Below are positions 51,501 through 60,549 of a stretch of DNA of 64,000 nucleotides, piece by piece; positions within the stretch are counted from its first letter, which is position 1, and each line of letters opens with the position of its first letter. The stretch comes from a virus (taxonomy: Duplodnaviria; Caudoviricetes): the IMG/VR virus record IMGVR_UViG_3300048598_000287, positions 160,001-224,000 of that record; one strand, given 5' to 3'. Below the pieces are notes generated by a model that worked only from the letters and a program-made list of their open reading frames with translations, was not told the DNA's origin and made no database searches. Made by a program: the position numbers and the translations under genes.

Positions 51501-51878
51501 CTAACGAAGGCATTCACATTTTTTAAGTGCATCTGATATCTCCTCACGGTCGGCAAGAGATGCTGAATCGGGAAGATGATCGAGTACGAAATCAATATAT
51601 GTATGCATTGATTCACATTTTGATTGATCATCCATATTTGTGTCAATTTGTTCTTCCAGGTCATCAATGTGGCCATCGATATCGCTAAGGCATTCCTTGA
51701 TGGATACTGCATCAAGCTGATTAACGATTTCGGTAAGCAGATCGGTAACCTGTTTCATTGTATATGTAGAACCCGGATCCGTTTTAGCAATCTGGGACAT
51801 CTTTTCAGACAGCAGTCGGCTCGTGTTGTCTATATATTCTTCGGCATCATCGGTATGTACTGCTAAATAATGATACAT
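51501..51878 (-). CDS. Hypothetical acidic coiled-coil protein
   Basis: 125 aa, AAGGA RBS. Confidence 0.7.
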   Translation of the reverse strand: MYHYLAVHTDDAEEYIDNTSRLLSEKMSQIAKTDPGSTYTMKQVTDLLTEIVNQLDAVSIKECLSDIDGHIDDLEEQIDTNMDDQSKCESMHTYIDFVLDHLPDSASLADREEISDALKKCECLR

Positions 51879-51914
51879 ATGAATCCTTTTTTGAATGGGT
51901 ATCCGTTAATATAG

Positions 51915-51944
51915 AAATACATAGCCACGAGTGGCTATGTATTT
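51915..51944. terminator. Hairpin/terminator
   Basis: aaatacatagccac-ga-gtggctatgtattt. Confidence 0.7.
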
Positions 51945-51956
51945 AAATTAAACGCA

Positions 51957-52271
51957 TCATCGCTTTGCAAATTTTGTCATCTTATCGCAAATCGTGCATA
52001 TAAGCTTGACATCATCAACGCGCATATGGCTAAGTTCTTTAATGCCAGATATGGCGTCTACGTTTTTCTTAAGTTCTTTCATGGTCTCATCGGCATCAAG
52101 CGTAACTCCGCTCAACTTAGCTGATTCAAACAATGCATCGATGAGTCCGGAGGATTTAAGCACCGCCATCCTACGATCACTGTCCCATATATCATCATTT
52201 TCTGATGAAGTTGTATTGCTAGACGTATTCCTAGAAAAGAATGCGTCTATTATTGATTTTATTATGGTCAT
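51957..52271 (-). CDS. Hypothetical protein
   Basis: 104-aa ORF, AAGGAG upstream. Confidence 0.65.
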   Translation of the reverse strand: MTIIKSIIDAFFSRNTSSNTTSSENDDIWDSDRRMAVLKSSGLIDALFESAKLSGVTLDADETMKELKKNVDAISGIKELSHMRVDDVKLICTICDKMTKFAKR

Positions 52272-52283
52272 TTTATCATCTCC

Positions 52284-54086
52284 TTATGGTTTAATGAAAT
52301 TTCTTAATATTATGCAATTCGGAATTTTCTGAATATCCGTATTATCGGCGCGCGTGTCACTTATACTCTTGCTATCGACTCTGTCATAATAATTGCATTC
52401 TTTATTATCCGGTTCGTTTACCGTCAATGGCATTACGCGTTGACTATCGGCGGCAACTTTCTTCCTTATATGCTCCATGGCGGCGCATAGGAATTTTTCG
52501 AATCTTTTTGATAGCTCGGTTGTTTTATCAAATGCATCGTAGCATTGGAAAACCGGGGATTTTTTATCCGATTCGGTGAAAAAATCAAAATTAACTTCAG
52601 CGCATACAGTTTTCCAATTGAAAAACATGGATTTCCTATTTATGAGGGATCCAAGGCAATGGTGAAATTTCACCACATATGCCCTCATCTGAAAGGTAGT
52701 CTTTATACGGAAATGTTCAATATACCACGGCATTTTATATGGGCATTTCATTATGTCATCATTAGGTATTATATTAAGTGCAGATTCGGCCATCGCCCTT
52801 TCATGTATTTCAGAACATTGCTTTAAAACAGTTTTCGCCGTCTTTCCTGAAGGAATGCATAATGGTATCTTTCCGTCGAGTTCCTTTATTATAGTTAACG
52901 CATCATTTAGATATGTATTAAAATCATGGATAAGCCCTAGCCGTATATGATATTCAGTTGTATCTTTTGAGTCTGGCTTAAAAAATTCAAACATTGATAA
53001 AAATGCACGTTTATCAGTAGATATTTTGATAAGGATTTCGGATATTGTTTGCCGGTTTAATTCAGTCATACGGTAATATTCAGCATCAACAGGCTCATCC
53101 GCAGCCTCCATACTATCATCTATGTCCGTATCCTCCATGATATCGTGCTGGTTACCATGGATTTTTCCTAAATTTTCATATGCTGAATTGATGATAAGCC
53201 GTGAATCATTGTTCAAAGCCCTGCATGTTCCCGTAGCATTTGCTTCCGATGTGAACGGTATGTTAAGAAAATTTTTACAATAGTATATAGATGGGATTTT
53301 GAGAAGATACCTGGATGTTGCTGGTTTACATAATACAGTGTCATATGAATCAGAAGAACAATATTTATGCGGGTTTTCATCAGGTAAAGAAGACGTCAAC
53401 TTATATGTCCATTGTTCCATGGTATCAAAGAAAAGAACATATTTAGGAAACTTTCTGTTCATCTTCTGAAAAATATTCTTTATTTTCTTATTTACTGCTG
53501 CACGAGAAGAACATTCTTTAACATCTATTGCTGTATTATTAATACGGCAGATCAGGACGCCAAAATTAGGTTCCGAATGTTTAGAAATATCTGCTAAAAG
53601 CTGCATCCCGCAATCCGATAGCATTGCCAATTTAATAATGTTCTCTTCAAGCCAATAATGAGTCATATATGACGCATTGATGTTCATTGACCTAGCGCGA
53701 GAAAGTATTTCCTGTATACGGGCAATCATTAAACTGTCAATGCCTAGCCAAGGTGCATATTTATCGATGATGAGCCTTTTAGCTGAATCAGATAATACAT
53801 ATTCATAGATATCATTATTGTCACTGGAATCAGTATGACAATTTATTCTTAGCGGATCGTTATATTTCACATCAATATATGTCCGGTATTTATCGCAGGC
53901 AAAAAATAGTCGCATGTTATCATCAGACATGTTGCAGTCTACATAATCAGAAACGCACAAGATTTTATTTGCATTTAAAGCAGGAGCATCAGAGGCATTT
54001 ATGAAATCAGACCAGTGTAAATAAAATGTTCCATTTGATATACTATCTTTGCTATAACGCATTTGGCATCCTGTATTTGCTTCCAT
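52284..54086 (-). CDS. Hypothetical protein with a C-terminal PcfJ-like motif
   Basis: IKTTFQMRAYVVKFHHCLGS resembles the PcfJ L..E...M.HCVGSY motif. Confidence 0.5.
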   Translation of the reverse strand: MEANTGCQMRYSKDSISNGTFYLHWSDFINASDAPALNANKILCVSDYVDCNMSDDNMRLFFACDKYRTYIDVKYNDPLRINCHTDSSDNNDIYEYVLSDSAKRLIIDKYAPWLGIDSLMIARIQEILSRARSMNINASYMTHYWLEENIIKLAMLSDCGMQLLADISKHSEPNFGVLICRINNTAIDVKECSSRAAVNKKIKNIFQKMNRKFPKYVLFFDTMEQWTYKLTSSLPDENPHKYCSSDSYDTVLCKPATSRYLLKIPSIYYCKNFLNIPFTSEANATGTCRALNNDSRLIINSAYENLGKIHGNQHDIMEDTDIDDSMEAADEPVDAEYYRMTELNRQTISEILIKISTDKRAFLSMFEFFKPDSKDTTEYHIRLGLIHDFNTYLNDALTIIKELDGKIPLCIPSGKTAKTVLKQCSEIHERAMAESALNIIPNDDIMKCPYKMPWYIEHFRIKTTFQMRAYVVKFHHCLGSLINRKSMFFNWKTVCAEVNFDFFTESDKKSPVFQCYDAFDKTTELSKRFEKFLCAAMEHIRKKVAADSQRVMPLTVNEPDNKECNYYDRVDSKSISDTRADNTDIQKIPNCIILRNFIKP

Positions 54087-54186
54087 ATATTCTTTTGCTA
54101 AAGTTCATCAGTAATTCTTTAATATAGTAAAAAATAACCGTTATGTCAATGCTATTTTAAAAAATCGCCTGATGTTCCGAATTCCA
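53999..54186. repeat. 188-bp direct repeat, copy A (intact promoter and gene start)
   Basis: Matches 57023-57207 with 5 transitions and 2 small indels. Confidence 0.95.
54121..54149 (-). promoter_or_regulatory. Sigma70-type early promoter TTGACA-17-TATATT
   Basis: Reverse complement ttgaca taacggttattttttac tatatt upstream of the 600-aa gene. Confidence 0.7.
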
Positions 54187-56935
54187 CTTTGGGGAGGGCA
54201 TCGACGATGTCCATGGTTTTGATGCTTAGGTCGATGACAGAAAGGAGGGTGTCGAGGATGTAGCGGGGGTTTTGGTGTTCTTTTGCCCAGTCGTTGCAGT
54301 CGTTTGTGATTAGGCTCGCTTTGTCCTGGGTGACGGCATAGCGCTCGACTATCCAATCGATGGCGGATTTACCGTTTACGATGTAATCGTAGGCACGGGC
54401 GGGAATGTTTTCAATGGTGATCTGAGGGTTGTAGAGAATCTTGAATTTGTCGGACTTGCCTGCGAAGCGCATTTTGTCAGGAATGCGGAAATACTTGTAG
54501 TCTTCAGGGGTGCCGCTTGCGCTTTTGTCCCCTGCGATGTTTATGCCGAGTTTTTTGGCGAGCGCCCTGGCCTCGGCGGTGGATTTCTCATAATTCAGAT
54601 GGAGACCGGCTAGGGCGCGGCCCGCTTTTTCAAAGGCGGCGAAATCTTCGTAGCCGGAGACGAAAATGATTTTCGGGAGCGATTTCTTGAGGTCGTCTTT
54701 GAAAGTTTCCCGGTAGTCCTTGCTGTGGAGGAACCCGTAGACGTAATAGAAGATGTTTTCTTTGGTGATTTTTTTGTTTGCACCGTAGATGCGTCTGGCT
54801 TCAGCTAGAGCCCAGTTGGAGACCCCGTCTTTCCTTTCAAGTTCCTGTGCAAAGAGGTCGCCTTTATTTTGTTCCGAATAGTAATGGAACGGGAAACATT
54901 GACTTTTCCCTATGAGTTCAAGGTCAGGAAGAGTATTTGAAATGATACAGGAAAAATCTTTGGTTACGCCAATTCCAGAAACGCAGATGACGAGGTTTTG
55001 CGTATCGGGGGTGGGGAAAAGACGAGGGCTAAGGCCAAAGCACTCTATTAAATCATTTTGAGCATATAAATTTTGTTTTTGAAAGGGTCGATAAGATCCC
55101 AATCTTACAAAATCATCGGAATATTCAATATTTTTTCCATTGACTAGTGATTTTTTTAGTCCGCGTGTCCAACTTATTTTTGTTGGATCACTGCTGAGAA
55201 TGTCTTCCAGTTTCTTTCCTGATTTTACTGCTTTTTTATATAATTCCCGCTGAGAATTGTAGAAATCTACACATGATTTCATATTCTTTTGCAGGTTTTT
55301 CTCCGAGAATGAATAAACCCAAGAATCTCTATTTGTAGCCACACCAATAGCATTTGTTTCAAACAAACTTTTTGTTCCCGTGTCAAATTTCTTTTCAGGA
55401 GCAAGTGGTGTTAGCGTATCAAATACGCCGCCACGTTGGTTGATCCAGTCGGCTTTTTCGTTGGGTGTAATTTGTTCCCACTTTATATGTTGAATGGATA
55501 CAGCTTCTTTCAATATTTCCAGTTTACGCTCCCGGGTCAGGTAGTCGCCGATGTCGTGGTAATGGATTTCGCAGGGCCGCCCTTTCTTCGCGGGATTGTA
55601 AACGAGGAAGGTGATGGTCACGGGAGTACGGCTGCCGCTCCCGAATATTTTGCCGCCTTCTTTCCTTGAAAGTTCTCCGCTCGTCCGCTGGTTCCCTCGT
55701 AGGTTGAGTACCCAGATGCCCGTGAACTCTTCGACCAGACATTTCCGCATACCGTCCTGCCCGTTGCCGTCCAACCAGCCGCCATTGGAGATAAAGGCGA
55801 CGATGCCGCCTTCCTTGTTCTTTTGAATGCGGTCGCTTGCAAAACGGAATGCCTTGATATAGGAATCGTAAAGGGATTTTTTCAGGTTTGCGGTGGATTT
55901 CGCGGCATAGCTATCTTCAACCCTGGCGTCCAATACAGGGTAGCTTAAATTCTGGGCGTTGTCGTTTGCGCTTTTTTGCCCTACGGAATAGGGCGGGTTC
56001 CCGATTATCACGCGGACAGGAATTCTACGCTGCCGTTCCACTTCCCTGTAGTTGTCATCAAAGTAGCCATCCAGCTTCGCCGCCTCCTGGCTGCTTCCGT
56101 CATCGCTTTCCGCCGTCTGGAAGGTATCGGTCAGGCAGATTCCGTTAAAGGGCAGGTATGCGGCCGACTTGTTCAAATCGTGGTAGACGCTTTCGATGTT
56201 CACGTCGGCAATGTAATAGGCGAGCAGCACGATTTCATTCGCGTGGAGTTCCTTTTTGTATTTGCGCTCCATGTCCTCCTTTTGAATGAGTCCGCTCTGA
56301 AGGAGCCTCGTGATGAACGTGCCCGTTCCCGTGAACGGATCCATGATGTGAACGTCGCGGTTCGTCAGATCGGTTTTGAATTCATCGTGCAGAAGAATAT
56401 TCACGGAATGGATGATAAAGTCAACGCACTCGATCGGCGTATAGACTATGCCCAGTTTTTCAACCGTGGTCGGGAACGCGGATTTGAAGAACTTTTCGTA
56501 GAGTTCCTTGATGACTTTCTGCTTGCCTTCGAGGTTATCGAGCTGTCCGACGTTTGTGCGCACGGAGGTATAGAATTTTTCCAGTTCCCCGGCCTCTTCG
56601 TTCACGCCCTGCTTCTGGAGTTCCCTGATGACGCGGGCCATGGTACGCGATATGGAATTGTTGTCGACGAACTTGTAGTCGGCGAACAGGGCGTCGAATA
56701 CAGGCTGCGTGATCATGTGCTGGGCGAGCATCTGCACCGCGTCGTTTTCGGTCACGGAATTGTTGATGTTCTTCCGGAGCGCCGCCAGATATTTTTCAAA
56801 GAGCTGCTTTGTCCGGCTGTTCTGCTCCGCTCGCAGGTAGTCAATCCGGGCGATGTATTTCTTCGCGATGACGCCGACATCCTGCTTTCTTGCATTCGCA
56901 AAATTGATCGTATGATTTGTTGAACGGGCCATCAT
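54152..56935 (-). CDS. Chimeric Type ISP (LlaGI/LlaBIII-like) MTase-TRD lacking nuclease and helicase, fused to a TnpB N-terminus
   Basis: LGIVYTP.E.VDFI, DPFTGTGTF, GNPPYS, LYDSYI, NLRGNQRTSGE, NGKSAIDW; first 19 aa match the TnpB N-terminus; last residues come from the phage repeat. Confidence 0.9.
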   Translation of the reverse strand: MMARSTNHTINFANARKQDVGVIAKKYIARIDYLRAEQNSRTKQLFEKYLAALRKNINNSVTENDAVQMLAQHMITQPVFDALFADYKFVDNNSISRTMARVIRELQKQGVNEEAGELEKFYTSVRTNVGQLDNLEGKQKVIKELYEKFFKSAFPTTVEKLGIVYTPIECVDFIIHSVNILLHDEFKTDLTNRDVHIMDPFTGTGTFITRLLQSGLIQKEDMERKYKKELHANEIVLLAYYIADVNIESVYHDLNKSAAYLPFNGICLTDTFQTAESDDGSSQEAAKLDGYFDDNYREVERQRRIPVRVIIGNPPYSVGQKSANDNAQNLSYPVLDARVEDSYAAKSTANLKKSLYDSYIKAFRFASDRIQKNKEGGIVAFISNGGWLDGNGQDGMRKCLVEEFTGIWVLNLRGNQRTSGELSRKEGGKIFGSGSRTPVTITFLVYNPAKKGRPCEIHYHDIGDYLTRERKLEILKEAVSIQHIKWEQITPNEKADWINQRGGVFDTLTPLAPEKKFDTGTKSLFETNAIGVATNRDSWVYSFSEKNLQKNMKSCVDFYNSQRELYKKAVKSGKKLEDILSSDPTKISWTRGLKKSLVNGKNIEYSDDFVRLGSYRPFQKQNLYAQNDLIECFGLSPRLFPTPDTQNLVICVSGIGVTKDFSCIISNTLPDLELIGKSQCFPFHYYSEQNKGDLFAQELERKDGVSNWALAEARRIYGANKKITKENIFYYVYGFLHSKDYRETFKDDLKKSLPKIIFVSGYEDFAAFEKAGRALAGLHLNYEKSTAEARALAKKLGINIAGDKSASGTPEDYKYFRIPDKMRFAGKSDKFKILYNPQITIENIPARAYDYIVNGKSAIDWIVERYAVTQDKASLITNDCNDWAKEHQNPRYILDTLLSVIDLSIKTMDIVDALPKVEFGTSGDFLK

Positions 56936-57027
56936 ATAAATAGTTTATATCCTTCATATAAATTATATCTTTATTAACTTACACTCTTGCATATATTCCA
57001 TCAATTTACTATATTTTCTGTATTATG
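56878..57027 (-). mobile_element. Left end and first codons of the TnpB-like element, copy 2
   Basis: Homologous to 44877-45026; late promoter 56941-56949. Confidence 0.7.
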
Positions 57028-57207
57028 AAATCAGACCAGCGTAAATAAAATGTTCCATTTGATATGCTATCTTTGCTATAACGCATTTGCATCCTGTATT
57101 TGCTTCCATATATTCTTTTGCTAAAGCTCATCAGTAATTCTTTAATATAGAAAAATAACCGTTATGCCAATGCTATTTTAAAAAATCACCTGATGTTCCG
57201 AATTCCA
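57023..57207. repeat. 185-bp direct repeat, copy B (degenerate promoter and frameshifted gene stub)
   Basis: Matches 53999-54186. Confidence 0.95.
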
Positions 57208-58699
57208 TCCGTTCCTCTTCGGTAAATGTAGGAATTTCAATATTTGAAAGGGCGTCGTCAAAAATTTTCTTAGCTGCTGAAGCATATCGTTCATCTACGA
57301 TAATGCTGTCATGAACGGTGCAGACAGGACAATGTAAGTTATTTTTAATATTTTTGTAAACTATTCCAAATACAAGATGGCTTTCTGTACGTTGAAGTTC
57401 ATGCGCCAAAGCTGTATGATTTTTATATTTAATTAGCTGTATTACCTTATAAAGAGAAGGAAACTCTGCTTTCCATATATATTGAATGGCTTTAACGAGC
57501 CGATGCTTCTTGTGAGAGAAGAACGGTCCGCAGAAAAGGCATGTGAGAAATTCTTTCTTGACTTCAGAACGGTCGCATGAAAGACACATAGAATCATTAA
57601 GAAAAGAAAGAAAATGTTCATAAAGAGAACCAGAAACAAGAAGTGAACGATAGGAAGAGAGGTCAGAGTGGAAAGTTTTAATGAAAGAAGAAGTAAATAA
57701 AGTGGAATAATGTGAGTAATCAAATTTCATATCTATATATGAATCCACAATATGTTCTCGCCCGTCATAATGTGATATGAAGTTATCGAACACCTTGTAT
57801 AGAAAAGCTCCCTGAGAACTTTTAATGTCAATTCCCACAGTTGGACGTCCATCACATAATATACAGTTTTTTCTGACTTCTTTTTTTATCTGCGTTATGT
57901 TTGTATGGACTCGTCCATATGCGTCTCTTTTGCAATATATAGAATATGGATCATTGACATATCCGTCAAATGCGTCAACCTTGTGCAATTCTTCAGACAT
58001 TCGTTCGGCTGATATCTTATTTTTTGATACCATATCTGATAATATTCGATGGCTTTTATCTTTATCTATTGAAAAATGCTGTAAATCTTCATATAGTTCC
58101 CTGATTTGTGGAAGACTCATCTGTTCTTTCTTTACTTCTTCTGCATGAAGCGAAAGCCTTCTATAAAGTCTTGGATTTGAAATTTTAATTACCCGGACTC
58201 CGCCCTGCCTTTTTGGAATGTCGCCTGATGTCTCCTGATTTTTTGTAATCAGATATCTATGGACATATAACAGGAAATCTGAAGTGAACCAATAGTGCTT
58301 ACATTTTCCTTTCACTTCTTTCGTACCTTTTATATATGAGTCGCTTCTACCGATGATGCCCATTTGTATAAGGATTTTTACATATTTTAGATAGTTAGAT
58401 CCTATTATTCGATTGTATATGCGTGAATATATAGGAACCGCCCATCGTGTAAGATCTATAGGCCATCCATGTTTCATTGCTATGTTGAATGCTATCTGAT
58501 ATCGTCGATATATCGTATTTATGATGTACAGAAGGTATTCATAGTTTTCCGCTATGCTTCCAGATAGCTCATTATTGGTTTGCATATATTCAAATATACG
58601 GTTAGGCACAAGCATCTTGTCGAAAGTGTATAAGCTGTCCGACTCTGCGAAGTGGTCTAGTACGTTTATTGAAGAAAATGCGTTTTTTGTCATCGCCAT
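57173..58699 (-). CDS. PolA/T7-RNAP-superfamily polymerase-like protein (TV-Pol-like)
   Basis: DAYGRVHT, IDIKSSQ (motif A), RSEVKKEFL (motif B), LQRTES, TVHDSI (motif C); likely start MAMTK. Confidence 0.65.
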   Translation of the reverse strand: MAMTKNAFSSINVLDHFAESDSLYTFDKMLVPNRIFEYMQTNNELSGSIAENYEYLLYIINTIYRRYQIAFNIAMKHGWPIDLTRWAVPIYSRIYNRIIGSNYLKYVKILIQMGIIGRSDSYIKGTKEVKGKCKHYWFTSDFLLYVHRYLITKNQETSGDIPKRQGGVRVIKISNPRLYRRLSLHAEEVKKEQMSLPQIRELYEDLQHFSIDKDKSHRILSDMVSKNKISAERMSEELHKVDAFDGYVNDPYSIYCKRDAYGRVHTNITQIKKEVRKNCILCDGRPTVGIDIKSSQGAFLYKVFDNFISHYDGREHIVDSYIDMKFDYSHYSTLFTSSFIKTFHSDLSSYRSLLVSGSLYEHFLSFLNDSMCLSCDRSEVKKEFLTCLFCGPFFSHKKHRLVKAIQYIWKAEFPSLYKVIQLIKYKNHTALAHELQRTESHLVFGIVYKNIKNNLHCPVCTVHDSIIVDERYASAAKKIFDDALSNIEIPTFTEEERMEFGTSGDFLK

Positions 58700-58827
58700 A
58701 CAATATACATTTTTCTGAATCATTTTTGGCAAAATTCATGAAAAATGGCAGTTATGCTCATTAAAAACGTATTTTAATGGTGCAGAGCACCTTGGTAAGG
58801 AAATGCTAATGGTTTCGGAGATAACAG

Positions 58828-60549
58828 ATGAACGCATATTTTGATTTTTTAGAAGGAAATTCGTCGGTTGTGACCGTTTCCGGAGGAAGTGACACGGCAA
58901 TGCGTCGCGTATATAGTTTTATGAACGGGGCCATAAAGTATCATGACAAGCAGGCCGAATATAGCGATGAATATAAATATGGTTTCGGAGATAATTTTGT
59001 TAATTTTTATGATAGAAAAACCAATTCGCTGCCAATAGGACTTATTCCGAGATTATGTTCTCTTATAAAGGGACAGTTTCCTGATATTACGATAGGGCTT
59101 TCTCCTCGCATCCGTTCGATGTTCACCCCTCCGGTTCACCTTAGCAACGAAGACATACTTAAGTATGCAGATACGCTTAATATACATGACCGTAAGAGTG
59201 GACACGCGATGTCTCTTTATGATCATCAGCTTAAGCTAATATATGAGGCGATGAATCATAGAAGAGGATCATTGAAGGCGTGCACATCGGCAGGTAAATC
59301 ATTGGCCATGTATGTCATGACAAGATATTTGAATGAAGTCGAGCATAGGAAAGTACTGATCGTAGTTCCTAATCAGGGTCTGGTACTTCAGCTTTACAAT
59401 AATTTTTATGACGATTATGGCTGGGATGATGCTGGAAATACATGCACGCTTATATACAGTGATTCCAAGGATAAGGTCACCGCTGCTAAAAAGAAGAAGC
59501 TGGCTGAGCTTAACATGGGAGAACAGGCGATGCTTAAGCCGGTGACTATTTCCACATGGCAGAGTCTTCAGCATAAAGAGCCGGAGTTTTTCAAATCATT
59601 TCAGGCAGTCATAGTGGACGAGGCGCACGGTACCAGGGGAATTAAACTACGGACGATACTTGATTTATGTATTAACGCAGATAATTTCAAGATAGGCGTG
59701 TCCGGAACGCTTCCTGATGATGGTCTTGACGCAGGATATATAGAATCATCATTAGGTAAAAAATACGACATAGTGAATCTTAATGAATTGGTCGAGAAAG
59801 GACTGCTTACTCCTGTTAAGGTGGTCGCTCTTTTTGTGCCTTATCCTGTGGATTGCCGCCCTATGATATGTTATTCCAAGTTCGATGAAGAATACTCCAT
59901 CGTTACTGGAAACCGTAGCCGGCTTGACATAATGGACATGCTTATCGGAAGCGGAAAAATAACGACATCGCAGAACACCGTTATACTTTTCAGAAACATA
60001 ACTCCTCTTGAGACGATGCTGTCTTATTTATCTGAAACACATCCGGAATTCAAATATCATGTGATAAAGGGAGAAATAAAGGCGTCTGAAAGAGAGTCCA
60101 TAAGGAACATGATGGAAGACAGTTCTGGAAATATACTCATCGGTACATATGGATGCCTACAGGCCGGGATGAACATAAAGAATCTGGATAATCTGGTTTT
60201 CGGAGATCCTGGAAAGTCAATGTATATGATTTGCCAATCGATAGGAAGAATTGTGCGGAAGAATTTTGGAAAAGAGGTGGCTACTTGCTATGATATAGTT
60301 GATGATGCATCCTATCTAGTTCATGGACGTAAAAGAGGAAATTACATGAGGCAAAACTGCATGGTAAGGCATTTTGGAGAGCGGATGAAATATTACGAGA
60401 ACGACCATATTCCGGTTACTACGGTTGATCTTTCCGGGATTGTAGATGCCGATATAAAAATAGATGACATAAAGAAAAAGCGGAAGGAAAAGGCCGATAG
60501 GAAAGGCAAAAAACCCAATAAAATGAAAGGATACCGTAGGCAGTTTTAA
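58828..60549 (+). CDS. uvsW: UvsW-like SF2 helicase
   Basis: TSAGKSL, VPN.GLV.Q, ISTWQS, VDEAH, SGT, QSIGR, YDIVDD. Confidence 0.9.
   Translation: MNAYFDFLEGNSSVVTVSGGSDTAMRRVYSFMNGAIKYHDKQAEYSDEYKYGFGDNFVNFYDRKTNSLPIGLIPRLCSLIKGQFPDITIGLSPRIRSMFTPPVHLSNEDILKYADTLNIHDRKSGHAMSLYDHQLKLIYEAMNHRRGSLKACTSAGKSLAMYVMTRYLNEVEHRKVLIVVPNQGLVLQLYNNFYDDYGWDDAGNTCTLIYSDSKDKVTAAKKKKLAELNMGEQAMLKPVTISTWQSLQHKEPEFFKSFQAVIVDEAHGTRGIKLRTILDLCINADNFKIGVSGTLPDDGLDAGYIESSLGKKYDIVNLNELVEKGLLTPVKVVALFVPYPVDCRPMICYSKFDEEYSIVTGNRSRLDIMDMLIGSGKITTSQNTVILFRNITPLETMLSYLSETHPEFKYHVIKGEIKASERESIRNMMEDSSGNILIGTYGCLQAGMNIKNLDNLVFGDPGKSMYMICQSIGRIVRKNFGKEVATCYDIVDDASYLVHGRKRGNYMRQNCMVRHFGERMKYYENDHIPVTTVDLSGIVDADIKIDDIKKKRKEKADRKGKKPNKMKGYRRQF

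Noticed and set aside
53999-57207. Direct repeats as a DGR template/variable pair
   Set aside because: The differences are not adenine-specific on one strand, include indels, cover intergenic DNA, and no reverse transcriptase is visible
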